Below are positions 24,712-37,065 of a DNA stretch of 64,000 bases, one piece after another. Position 1 is the first letter of the stretch. Each line of letters opens with the position of its first letter. Made by a program: the position numbers and the translations under genes. Under the pieces are notes generated by a model. That model searched no databases and was not told the origin of the DNA. It worked only from the letters and a program-made list of their open reading frames with translations. Origin of the DNA: Octopus vulgaris (Eukaryota); assembly GCA_951406725.2 (NCBI GenBank), contig OX597830.1, positions 52,576,001-52,640,000 on the forward strand. The letters run 5' to 3'.

Positions 24712-24833
24712 AGATACATATTGTGAGTTAACATGACAAAGAACAAGAATTGCTGCTTCACTGAATCTTGGAAAAGGTTTGTTGTATAATGAACATCTGT
24801 GAAGTGTAGTGGATAGTAAGGTTCTGATAGTCT

Positions 24834-25169
24834 GTGAAGGCGCATTGCTCAGTGGTTAGAGCGTTGAACTTACGATTATGAGGTTGTGAGTCCAAATCCC
24901 GGACCGGGCTGTGCGTTGTGTTCTTGAGCAAGACAATTTATTTCACATTGCTCCAGTTCACTCAGCTGTAGAAATGAGTTGCGACGTCACTGGTGGCAAG
25001 ATGTATCATCCTTTGCCTTTCCTTTGGATAACACTGGTGGTGTGGAGAGGGGAGGCCGGTATGCATGGGCGACTACTGGTCTTCCATAAACAACTTTGCC
25101 CATATTTGTGCCTGGGAGGGTCACTTTCTAGGTGCCATCCCACGGTCATTCATGACCGAAGGGGGTCTC
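24834..25169 (+). mobile_element. CORE-like SINE (family D head) with a distinct tail
   Basis: A-box-like ttgctcagtggttagagc; central gtgttcttgagcaagac..ttgctccagttcactcagctg; tail unrelated to that of 40347. Confidence 0.82.
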
Positions 25170-25514
25170 AGCAGCATATGTGTGTCCTTGTCTTGACATT
25201 GTATACTAATCGTAAACAAACTTCACCATCACATGAGCAGTGACAGGTTTGCGTTATTCTATGCAAATATGCTCACACTAGGAGGAAATTATTACTTTGC
25301 TTGAGAACACATAAGGGTTGGTGACAGGTAAAGCACCCAGATATAAAAAATGTCTGAGTTTTGAAGATTGTAGCAAATCAGTGTACATGCAGCAAATTGG
25401 CAGAGTCAATAAGAGCATCAGACGAATTGCCTGGTAATCTTTATTCTGACACCTTGTTGTCTGATTTCAAATCCCAACTTGCCTTTCAAGTGGAGACCAT
25501 TTTGTGGACCAACA

Positions 25515-25735
25515 CATGGTACCTGGGTACCACTAATGGAGTCCACTCTGTTGTCACCCATTTTAGCACCAGCATCCGGTACCTGAGTGCCACCAGTAGA
25601 GTCCACTCTGTTGTCAGCCATTTTAGCACCAGCATCCAGTACCCTAGTACCACCAGTAGAGTCCACTCTGTTGTCACCCATTTTAACACCCCACCTGGTT
25701 TTTGAATACCATTAGCAGAGTTCACTCTGTTGCAG
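25515..25735. repeat. 60-bp tandem minisatellite, about 3.7 units
   Basis: gagtccactctgttgtca recurs at exactly 60-bp spacing (25539, 25599, 25659) plus one degenerate unit. Confidence 0.93.
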
Positions 25736-26142
25736 ACGTGCTGGCCATGTCTCTGATTTGAGGACAAGTGACCCCTGTACTCCCACAAGTCTCAGAGGCC
25801 CTGTGAAAGAGTTGTGAGTGCTGTTTTTTAATCATCTGACTTAACCTTTTAAAACAGAGAAAGCTTCAGGGCTAATGTTAGTCCAAATCACAACAGCATG
25901 TGTGTGTGTGTGTGTGTGTCTGTCTGTCTGTCTAAACTGAAGATCACCTTCCCATATTTCACCTGTCTGTGAAGATCTGCAAAAGTTATGGGTTCTGTTG
26001 TTTTTTGGGTTTTTTTTCAATAACTGACAAATTTAGTTAGCAATAAATGGGAAATTCACACATACACTAACGAGATATCTACATAGATAATATATGTGTT
26101 CACATCATATAGAACTTGTGTTCAATTCAGAAAATATCTCTC

Positions 26143-26179
<37 letters not shown>

Positions 26180-26503
26180 ACCATAATCTGCAAGGCCATC
26201 TTTGTCTTTCATCATTTTGACATTGATAAAACATGTTCCAGTCAAGTATTGTGGCCAATGGTATCAAGTAACCCCTTCCTCTCATATTTCTGGTCTTATA
26301 AAGAAGTAACTATTAATTCACAAGCTGTTTAACCACTAGGTTAACGAAAGACATTCTAGCTCTAACCAATCATATCTTATTTATCTACTGCATCTATTAC
26401 ATTTTTTTTTTTATCCAATATGTCCTTTGCCCTTTAAGGTCATATAGGGTCTACACACCACTGTCAGTTACTGTATAATGTCTCTCTCTCTCTCTCTCTC
26501 TCC

Positions 26504-26546
<43 letters not shown>

Positions 26547-26750
26547 CACTATGATTACAATCTGTAGTGTATTGTTGTCAGTACTATATACTAAGTGTGT
26601 GTATTTATTTTATACTATTTACACAGTGTGTAAACTCAGAGTTTTGTCATGGCTACCGAATAATTGTCACATATTACATTTACAGATAAATTCCTTTATT
26701 TAAATAATATCGATGTCTCTTTCATTCTTTTGTTGTCTTACCATTTCTAT

Positions 26751-26816
<66 letters not shown>

Positions 26817-26944
26817 CTTATACAAGAATGTTGTTGACTGTGACTTTGAAATTTTGGCCAGCTAAGAATTTTTACTACATACACAGTGTTTGTGTGCTAC
26901 TCCTGTACTATATACTCAGTGTACTGTGTTCTACTGTATTTATA

Positions 26945-27162
26945 GGCGAGCTGGCAGAAACGTTAGCACGCCGGGCGAAATGCGTAGCCGTATTTTGTCT
27001 GTCGTTACGTTCTGAGTTCAAATTCCGCCGAGGTCGACTTTGCCTTTCATCCTTTCGGGGTCGATACGGTTACGTACTGGGGTCGATGTAATCGACCTAA
27101 TACCTATGTCTGTGCTTGTTTGTCCCCTCTGTCTTTAGCCCCTTGTGGGTAATAAAGAAATA
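26945..27162 (+). mobile_element. SINE family B (tRNA-like head with a Meta-domain-like body)
   Basis: A box tggcagaaacgttag, B box gagttcaaattcc, then gcctttcatcctttcggggtcgat. Other copies lie near 35355, 39073, 39720, 44216, 44770, 49134, 55221 and 60745. Confidence 0.88.
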
Positions 27163-29094
27163 TGTATTTATAGTATGTTCAGTGCTTGTTAAATGGTTGT
27201 TTTAATGCTGTGGTCCTAATTATAATTTGCTATAACATTTTGATAAGGCCCACACTGTTGAAGAAAGGTTACCCATATCTGCCTCTCTTCTCATGTATAG
27301 GCCTACGTAAGGCATCTTATTTATTATCTGTATCTTCTTGCACAAATGCCATGGTATTAACAGTTTGTCTTGATAATTTCTGCTGGACAGTCTATTCTCA
27401 CTGTTAACCTGGGTTCTGTCTTAAATACCACTTCACCATTCTTCGGGTCATTCTGCTATTAACAGAGCCACAAAGACAATTCCACTACACCGCCTCCACC
27501 CCCCAACAACGCCGCTGCTCTCCAATTGTCCGGCTGTTTATACAGATTTCTCACTTTCTACATGTCTATATATATTATATAAACAGGCAGTAACATCTAT
27601 CATTTGTATTGTTGTTTAAGCTCTACCTTTGTGCATGTGTGTATTTAAAGAGAGAAAGAGAGAGAGAACTTGTGTGTATGTGTGTGCACCAGATTGTGTA
27701 CATTATATACTGACATACATGGAGTTGTGCATATGGATGTATATGTTTCTGCTCTTAAGTATATGCAGTTGTGTGTGTGTGTGTATGTATGTGTGTACTA
27801 ATATATATATATATTCTTTTATTCTTCTATTCTTTTCAGCCCTGAGTCTATGTATATACACATACTCACACCCCTTTGTATATGTACTTGTATATATTTG
27901 AATGTACTCTTATGTATGTGTGTGTATATATATATATATATATATGAGAATAAGTTTCTTTTTCAACACAAGTAAAAGTATTTGTATGTGAATGTATATA
28001 TAAGTGTGAAAGAGTGACAGACTGATTCTGTTCCGGCTTACAAATAAATGTGTGTGTGTAAATATCTAGTATTTAGTGTGTGAATTGGTTTTTATCTTAA
28101 AATAGTCACTTTTCTTTGTAGTCTTTGGGTGTTGGGTGTTTTTTTTATTAACCACACCTTCAATTCTTTTTGCCTCACCTGTTGTTATATGAACAGTCAC
28201 ATGTGTTTATACACCTCTGTACATCTACACATACAAATACACCCATACACACACATGTATACCCACACACTCATACACACACACACTCTCATACACACAC
28301 ACACACACTCATACACACACACACACACTTTCATACACACACACACACACACACACTCTCATACACACACACACACACTCATACACACACACACTCACAC
28401 ACATGTATACTCACATTTGCTTACCTAACAATAGCTGTCTCAAGCTTAAATTGAATTCCATGGAGAACTGAGCCTTTCTATCCCATCATGCTTCATTGCT
28501 TTTTTTTTATTTTTTAAGGTTTAATCAGGGTCTCTGATACCGGTAATAGGAGAGGAAATTATTCTCATGAAGCTATTCTAAAACATGAACTGGTGTGAAT
28601 GTTTGTGACAACGCAGACTCTGCTGAAACCTCCAGAGACCAGGTGGTGGTGATAAACGGGGTGATGGATAAAGTCTACCACCTAAAAAACAGGACCACCT
28701 GGTTTCCATGGACCAAATTTCGTTCATAGAGCTCTGGTCGACTCTAAACTATGGCAGAAGACAGTTGTTGAGGCATGACAGAGTAGAATCAAACCTTGAG
28801 TCATTCACTTGCATAGTAAGCTCTTTAACCACGTAGCCATGAATCTATAATTAGACAATGATAAGTTTTTGTTGCTTATTGATTTAACCTTTTATATTTA
28901 ACACTCTGTAAATTTGAATGAGTTGATGATGCCGACGACCGCTTTGTTCAAAGTCTCCCTTGACCTCAAGTGGCCTGAACTCTTTACATGAACACCACCC
29001 TGTACTTAACTCCATGTCCCCCTACATGGCCTTGCTATTTGCTTTTGAGCCAAAAATTAACTAACTAACTAACTAACTAACATATATATATATA

Positions 29095-29510
29095 GGCGTA
29101 GGAGTGGCTGTGTGGTAAGTAGCTTGCTTACGAACCACATGGTTCTGGGTTCAGTCCCACTGCGTGGCACCTTGGGCAAGTGTCTTCTACTATAGCCTCG
29201 GGCCAACCAAAGCCTTGTGAGTGGATTTAGTAGACGGAAACTGAAAGAAGCTCATTATATATATATGTATATATATATATATGTATGTGTGTGTATATGT
29301 TTAGTGTGTCTGTGTTTGTTCCCCCAGCATCGCTTGATAACCGATGGTTGTGTGTTTACGTCCCCGTAACTTAGTGGTTCGGCAAGAGAGACCGACAGAA
29401 TAAGTACTAGGCTTACAAAGAATAAGTCCTGGGGTCGATTTGCTCGACTAAAGGCGGTGCTCCAGCATGGCCACAGTCAAATGACTGAAACAAGTAAAAG
29501 AGTAAAGAGT
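29095..29510 (+). mobile_element. SINE family A, full length
   Basis: Complete head, microsatellite and tail structure. Confidence 0.92.
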
Positions 29511-30347
29511 AAGAGGAGAGAAGAACTCTGCAGTTCAGAACTAAGCCCTCTGTCACAGAGAGTGAGGGGTGAGAGAGAAGGATTTTTCTGTCTCTAATGG
29601 AGGTCTTGGGCTTAAAACACCAAGATTCTTGTCTCTCTGCTGCATACAAACCTCGTAAAATAAATTTTCCCCAGTTCACACCACTCCTGTTAGTTTTATT
29701 TGCTATTATCTTACCGAGGTTTTTTTAAAGGAAATTTTTTGTCTTAAATAGAAGAAATAAATTTCACTCATGAAGACCTCATGCGTGTGCACACATACAC
29801 ACATGCTGATGTACTGATGCCCACACGTATTCTTCCCTACTTTAACACTTCAACTTGATTTTAATTGCCTCTCGTATGTAAATTTTGAAACGGAGCTATT
29901 TAAAATTCAACTTAGTGTATATAAAATGAATGAAAATCAATAGAATTTTAATGTCTTTCAAGACAGAGACAGGTATTGCTTGCATGCTGTCCCCTTAAGT
30001 TCTGCATCTGCTACCATGTAATATTAGAAGCCTCACTGTTTCCAATAACTTCAAGATTTCTCTAAATATTGATCTCTTCTTTCTTTGGACACTAAATATT
30101 GGCTTTATTCTATTTCTATTTTTATTGGCTTTATTTATATTTTTGTTTTGTTTAAATTTTTCTATTTACTCTTTTCTACTTTTGTTCAATTTACTTCATG
30201 ATTTATTTATTTATTTTTTTTTTACTATATTTCATTTTTTTTGTTTTGTTTAGTTTTGTTCTAAATTCAATTCTCAAGTCATAAATAGAATATTTCAATT
30301 TGCATTTTTTTGTGAAATGAAAGAATATGTATCTTTATATCCAGATA

Positions 30348-30397
<50 letters not shown>

Positions 30398-31199
30398 CGT
30401 ATGTATGTATGGTAGTTTGTAGTATGCTGCAGTGAATGTATTGTGAATGTTAATACATGTCAGTGTGTATATAGTATATATGCTTGTGTGTGTGTGTGTG
30501 TGTGTTGTGAGAGAAAAAGAGAATGAGATAGTTTTATATTTAATTCTCTGCTAACTAAAAGTGTATATACATGAGTGTAAGCCAGAGGGAGGGAGTCCCC
30601 TAATCTATTGTATTGTATGAGCAGTTCATGAAGGTCTTACCTTCATGGTATAAGACAGGCTGTTAAAACCCTTCCTTTTATAAGGATGGGCATGTGAGTG
30701 GACTTAAATCTGGAGTAGGTGGTGGTGGGTTTGTCAGCATTGATCCAAGGAGATATCTCCCATCTACCCTACAAAAATATATCAGGAGCTAGCACTTGAA
30801 ATATTAACCAGATCTCCCTCCAATCACCACATAACTGTCTTTAAAAGATATAAACAGACACTTTAGATAATGTAGTCCTAGGTACACTATATCTGAAATA
30901 AAGACAGTGTGGTTAGACATTTCAAGAACACCTTTGTTTATAGATCTGCGGCATGCAATCACCTGGGATTAACAACAAGATAATTATATTCACACACATA
31001 TGAAACATTTCTTGTGAAAATTCTGAACAGTTCCATCTACTTCAAATTTGAGTGATGGTTAGGTCACATTGGTGAATCTGTTTGAAACTCACTCCTGAAC
31101 TGTCTTTGCACTTCAACGGTATTCTTCAATTTCTTGTAGCACTTTAGGCAAAATATTCTCTGCTCAAAGCTCAGGCTTGTTCCCATCATTCTTTAATCT

Positions 31200-31433
31200 T
31201 TTATCTTTTACTTGTTTCAGTCATTTGACCTCAGCCATGCTCGGTCACCACCTTGAAGGGTTTTAATCGAACAAATCAACCCCCAGTAGTTATATTTTTT
31301 AAGCCTGATACTTATTTATTGGTCACTTTTGCTGAACCGCTAAGTTACAGGGGCATAAACACACCAACACTGGTTGTCATGCGGTGGGTGAGGAGACAAA
31401 CACAGACGTAAACGCACACATGCATAGATAGAA

Positions 31434-31467
<34 letters not shown>

Positions 31468-31803
31468 CATCATCATCCACATCATTTAACGACTACTCTT
31501 CCATGCTTGCTAGGTGGAAAGAGTTTATTGAGGCAGATTTTCTATGGCCAAATGTCCTTCCTGTTACTAATCCTCACCGGTTTCCAACTAGACATGTCTT
31601 CACAGAATATTTGAAATGAATAATACAGCTTGTATGACAGTGACTCTCATTTACAACAAACACTCAGTGTCAAGGAGACACAACACATGCAACCACACAC
31701 ACACACACACATACATATATGAAATGCTCCTTTCATTTTCTGCCTACCAAATCCTCTTGCAAGACTTAGATTAGCTTGGGGCTATAGACACTTGCCCAAG
31801 GTC
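31200..31803 (-). mobile_element. SINE family A interrupted by an old RTE-tail element
   Basis: 3' half at 31200-31410 and partial 5' half at 31725-31803. Confidence 0.7.
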
Positions 31804-31811
31804 TATAGAGT

Positions 31812-32237
31812 ACCATATGAGCGTGATCGTTGCCAGAGCAACAAACTGGCTTCCATGCCGGTGGCATGTAAAAAACACCATTCGAGCATGATCGTTACCT
31901 GCATCGCCTTACTAGCACTTGTGCTGGTGGCATGTGAAAAAACATTCGAGCGAGGTCGTTGCCAGTGCCGCTGGACTGGCTCCTGTGCAGGTGGCACATA
32001 AAAAGCACCATTTGAACATGGCCGTTGCCAGTACCACCTGACTGGCCCTCGTGCCAGTGGCACATAAAAGCATCCACTACACTTGGAGTGGTTGGCGTTA
32101 GGAAGGGCATCCAGCTGTAGAAACTCTGCCAAATCAAGACTGGAGCCTGGTGCAGCCATCTGGTTTGCAAGACCTCAGTCAAATCATCCAACCCATGTTA
32201 GCATGAAAAGCAGACGTTAAACGATGATGATGATGAT
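31812..32237 (+). mobile_element. RTE 3'-UTR-derived element with four ~65-bp tandem units and a (GAT)n tail
   Basis: Repeats of gtgcc-ggt-ggca-aaaaagcacc near 31870, 31937, 32000 and 32066, then ggttggcgttaggaagggcatccagc. Confidence 0.88.
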
Positions 32238-33014
32238 GGCGACTACGACGTTGTTGTTGTTGTTCATGTGTGTATGAGATGTATAACATATTGTGTATTA
32301 TCTAATCTTGTAATGTCAGTTGATGGTTTTCTTTAAAATATTAGTGTGTGGTGGTGGTGATGATGGTGGTAGTGGTGATAGTGGTTGCAGTAGTAGTAGT
32401 GGTTAGGAATGACATACTCATCATTCTCATGTTTTTTTATGTCCTTCATTCCTCACATTCACATCAGCAAGTGGAACAAAAGAGCAGAAGCTTGAAACAT
32501 CAAGGGCTTCCATTTTTCCTGAGCGTCAAACTAAAACAACCTGGTTGTTGTTGTACTTTCACCTGTCTCCGTTTTTTTCTATATGTTCTGTATATTTTTG
32601 AACCGCATATAATATACGCTCACATGGTCACCCCAGTTTCATCCTGCCAGATTGAACCCCATTTTCTCTCGGGCTCTCATCTCCTTTCAGACTTTTGCTA
32701 CCACTCCACAACCACTCTACCACCACTCCACCCACGTTACCATTGGAACTTTGTACTTCTCAGTTTCTACTATCATATTTCTTATTGTACACTAGTGTTT
32801 ACTTGTTTAATACTTGGTTGCCTCTGATAATTGATTCTTCTCACATCACTATGTTCAATGAAATGGAAAATATGTGTTTGTGTGTATTGTTTGTTTTTAT
32901 GTTCAGTTATAATAATAAAAGCAATTTTGCTTTAATCTATTCAGTTACTCTATACTTCTGTAGAGTACAAATTTATTATTTATTAACAACATTCTTGTTT
33001 AAGAATTAGAGAGA

Positions 33015-33062
<48 letters not shown>

Positions 33063-33102
33063 GACAGACAGGCAGACAGATTTGTTGTGTATAGCTTTTA
33101 AC

Positions 33103-33299
33103 CTTTTGCTTGTTTCAGCCATTTGACTGCAGCCATGCTGGAACACCACCTTTAGTCAAACAAATCAACCCCAGGACTTATTCTTTGTAAGCCTAGTACT
33201 CATTTTACCGGTCTCTTTTGCCAAACTGCTAAGTTATGGGGTTGTAAACACACCAACATCAGTTGTCAAGCAATGGTGGGGGGACAAACACATACACAT

Positions 33300-33358
<59 letters not shown>

Positions 33359-33510
33359 ACAGGCTTCTTTCAGTTTCCATCTACCAAATCCACTCACAAA
33401 GCTTTGATCAGCCCAAGGCTATAGTAGAAGACACTTGCCCAAGGTACCACACAGTGGGAATGAACCTGGAACCATGTGGTTGGGAAGTAAGCTTCTTACC
33501 ACACAGCCAC
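33103..33510 (-). mobile_element. SINE family A, full length
   Basis: Reverse complement of family A with an expanded (TA)n. Confidence 0.9.
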
Positions 33511-33709
33511 ATCTACATGTGTGTGCATGTATATATAAAAATGATTCAAGGACCAAGAGTTTGTTGCAGACATTGAAGCAGTATTTGGTGACTGTATTGA
33601 TTGGGAAAGTGTTGTGAAAAATATGGAAAGTAGGTTTTTTTTAAAAATGCTTTGAGAGTGCAAAAGGAGAGTGTGAGATAGACGAGGGGAGGGGTGTTGT
33701 ATGTATGTA

Positions 33710-34588
33710 TGTGGTCTGATCAGTAAGTATTCGGACTGTTGCCATAGTAATGAAGCTAAAGCATGCAGAGTGAAGCTGCTTGGCACAGATTGACCTTGAA
33801 CTCTGCTGTGCATGCACACTAAGTTTTAACATTCTAGCTCACTTCTTCTGTTTACAGCAGTGCTTGGAAGGAAGGGGTGTAGCGTGTGATCGTCGCATTG
33901 ACCATGACAGAGAAAGATGAGTAAAGAATCTGCATCAAATTTTGCCAAAAGCTTGGCGATACCTGCTCAGAGGCTTAAGCAAAGCTTTCAAAATGTTTTC
34001 ATCGTTCTTGACACAATCAAGGAGATCTTGTGTAACTGAAACCCGAGTGTCCTTTTGGTCAGCTGAAAACAGTTTTGGCACAAACTCATAGTCAAATCTT
34101 CAGTGATAATGGACTGAACTGAACCATAACTAATCTGCACATCCTCTGATAACTCACGGATGGTGATTCGACGATTTCCCCTCACAGCTGCATGCACATC
34201 TGCAATGTTTTTCTCAGTTCTGCTGGTTGCAGGTCTCCCAGAACGTTCATCAATATTGACATTTTCTTGGCCATCTTGGAAACGTCTGAACCACTCGAAC
34301 ACTTGTGTGCAGCTCATATATTTCTCTCCATACACTTTCTGCGACTTTGCTTAGGCCTCTGAGCAGGTATCACCATGACAACTTTCTCTGTCATAGTCAA
34401 TATGACGACCACACACTACACACATTCCTTCCAAGCATTGCTGTAAACAGTAGAAGTGAGCTAGAACATTAAAACTTAGCAAGCATGTGTAGCATATTTT
34501 AAGGTCAATCTTTGCGAAGTGACTTCACTCTTTGTGCTTTAGCTTTGTTACTATGGCACCAGTCCGGATACTTATTGATCAGACCTTG
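33710..34588. mobile_element. Mariner derivative made of two inverted 5' ends
   Basis: TIRs ggtctgatcagtaagtattcggact / agtccggatacttattgatcagacc. Transposase N-terminus on + from 33904 (MTEKDE*RICIKFCQKLG) and on - (VFEWFRRFQDG..ERSGRP..RRITIRELSE). Confidence 0.88.
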
Positions 34589-35621
34589 TTTGTGTGTGTA
34601 TGTGTATACATGTATATATATATAATAATAAACGCAAAATTCTGTCTGTCTGGGACCCCTGTAACTCAGTCTACATTTGCTCTACATAGACATATTATAC
34701 CTTTTTGGAATCAGGATGATCCTGAGATTGCAAATCTGCCTTTTGCTTGGTTCTTGAACATCTAGCTTTGGGATCTGATTTAAAAACATTTGGGTTGCTA
34801 TTTCTAGCAGGTAAAGCATGGCTACTTCACACCATCTTGGTTGGTGTTTGTTAGATGACATCAGAGATCAAGGGAGGAGATAAATGACATTCACTTTGTT
34901 AATTTTATGTCAAGGTAAGAACTTTGGGACAAATTGGCCAACAGTTGGAATTCAACTTGAGACTGGAACAATAGAACGATTGCATTACAGAATTAATTCT
35001 CATCAGTCCTTGACCTCTGATCAAACACCACCGGGGCATATAGTCATTATAGACATATTATAATCATGCTATTTAGTTCTCTTTGGTTTGGAGCTGCAAG
35101 CCCATTTAGCCCTCCTCAGGAGCCAGTTTAACAGTAAGCACAGAGTGCAGCTTTTAATTAATTTGTACTGTAATTAAGACTACCTGCTTCCTTGCATACT
35201 GATTTTCTTTGTAATTGTTTAGCTGCTCTTGCATATATCATCATCATTTTTTTTTTTATTATTATCACCTTCATCTTCAATATTATTGTTATTAGTGTTA
35301 TCATCAAGACACTATTTATCTGGTTTTCTTGTCAATATTTATGTCAACCCACAAGGTAGCAAGTTAGTAGTGTCGTTAGCACACTCGGCGAAATGTTTAG
35401 CAGCATTTTGTCTGTCTGTCTTGTTTGGAGCTCAAATTTCACCAAGGTCATCGACTTTGCCGTTCATCCTTTCAGGGTTGATAAAATAAGTACTAGTTGA
35501 CCACTGGGGTTGATGTAATCAGCTCACCTCCTTCCCCAAAAATTACTGGCCTTGTGCCAAAATTTGAAAACCAGTATTTAAGTCATGTGACTCAGCAACT
35601 TTACTCTACCACTCATCTCCT

Positions 35622-35691
<70 letters not shown>

Positions 35692-35974
35692 GTTCATCAA
35701 AGTTTTTGTCTATCTACTTCACTTACAAGATATTGCTTTACTGAAGGCTACAGTAGAAGACACTTGTGCAAAATGCCATTCAGTGACTGCAAAGTGAAAT
35801 TTATAACCACATAACCATTCCTCTGCCTACATTCACTCACACACACATGTGAAAGGCATTTTTTTTTATAAACTAGAAGCCACTTGATTCAAGATTCAAG
35901 ACAGGCTTAGACATTCAGAATACTATTAATACATTCCGTCTTTGTAAGTGGATTTGGAGACACATCTTCGTGTG

Positions 35975-36290
35975 CGTGTTTCAGTCATTAGACGGCAGCC
36001 ATACTGGGACACTGCCTTGAAGAATTCCAGTTGAGCAAATCAATCCCAATACTTTTTTTTTAAGCCTGGTCGTTATTCAATCGGCCTCATTAGCTGAACC
36101 ACTAAGTTATAGGGACATAAACATATCAACACCGGATTTCAAGAAGTGGTGTTGCGCACACACACACACACACACACACAGACACACACATTCACACGCA
36201 CATATATACATGATGGGCTTCTTTCAGTTTCTGTCTACTGACAAGGTTTTGGTTGACCTAAGGCTATCAAACTTACTACACAACCACACC
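35975..36290 (-). mobile_element. SINE family A, diverged and deleted copy
   Basis: gtttcagtcatt..ctaagtta..gggcttctttcagtttc blocks. Confidence 0.7.
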
Positions 36291-36739
36291 TGCACCTGTA
36301 TGTATGTAGGTACAGACAAGGTTGTATGGTTAAGAAGTTTGCTTCCTAACCATGAGGTACTAAAAATGATGATAATGATGTGTGTATGCATATCATCATC
36401 ATCATCATCAACATTTAATGTCTGTTTTTCATGCTGGCCATGGACTGGATGGTTTGACAAAAACTGACATGGCCAGGGACTGCATCAGGTTCCATAGGTT
36501 GGGTGGGGGGCTTGGCTTCTACAGCCAGATGCCCTTCCTAATACCAACCACTTTACAGAGTGTGCTGGGTGCTTTTTATGTGACACCTTGGTTAAGATAT
36601 CAATTCTGTTGTTGACCTGCTGGTCAACTAGCCTTTCCGCCATTGACTGCTGCTGTGACAACACCGTTTTTTTCTTCGTCTGCCGCAAAGGCATTTATTT
36701 CAAAATATGCCAGCTAAGATAAGTTAAATTGTCTAAAGT

Positions 36740-37065
36740 CATAAGACACCCGCTGTTTTTGTCCTGTTATTACCATTCTTGTTTTTTAATTTTATTTTTG
36801 TTTTTTGTATTTATATTCGTGTGGCATCGTCCGTTTTTCTGTCCTTGTTTCGTATACATTCGATCCTTTTTCCAAGAAATCTAATGCTCGCAGCTTAGTT
36901 TTTCCTTGGGGCTGGCCGGATCGGAGCGATATCAGGATTAATCAGCCGAAATTTGCTAGGATGATCCAGTTCCTGACTGAAGATTAGAGGCTTCGAATGA
37001 CCCGTCCGTTTTTTGTGTCGTCTCTTTGTGTATTTTGTGCTCTTGTCCCATTTTGTATTTTTATA
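36740..37065 (+). mobile_element. Unclassified dispersed element homologous to 8505-8665
   Basis: Shared gactga(a/g)ga..cgaatgac(c/t)cgtcc block and identical end ttgtcccattttgtatttt followed by TA. Confidence 0.6.

Noticed and set aside
25515-25735. CRISPR-like array
   Set aside because: The intervening segments are near-identical rather than unique spacers, there are no cas genes, and the context is eukaryotic. It is a minisatellite.
32468-32543. Coding exon after cacatcag
   Set aside because: The donor is weak and the segment resembles the hammerhead-bearing repeat family (gagc..gctt-gaaac, ttcctgagcgtc).
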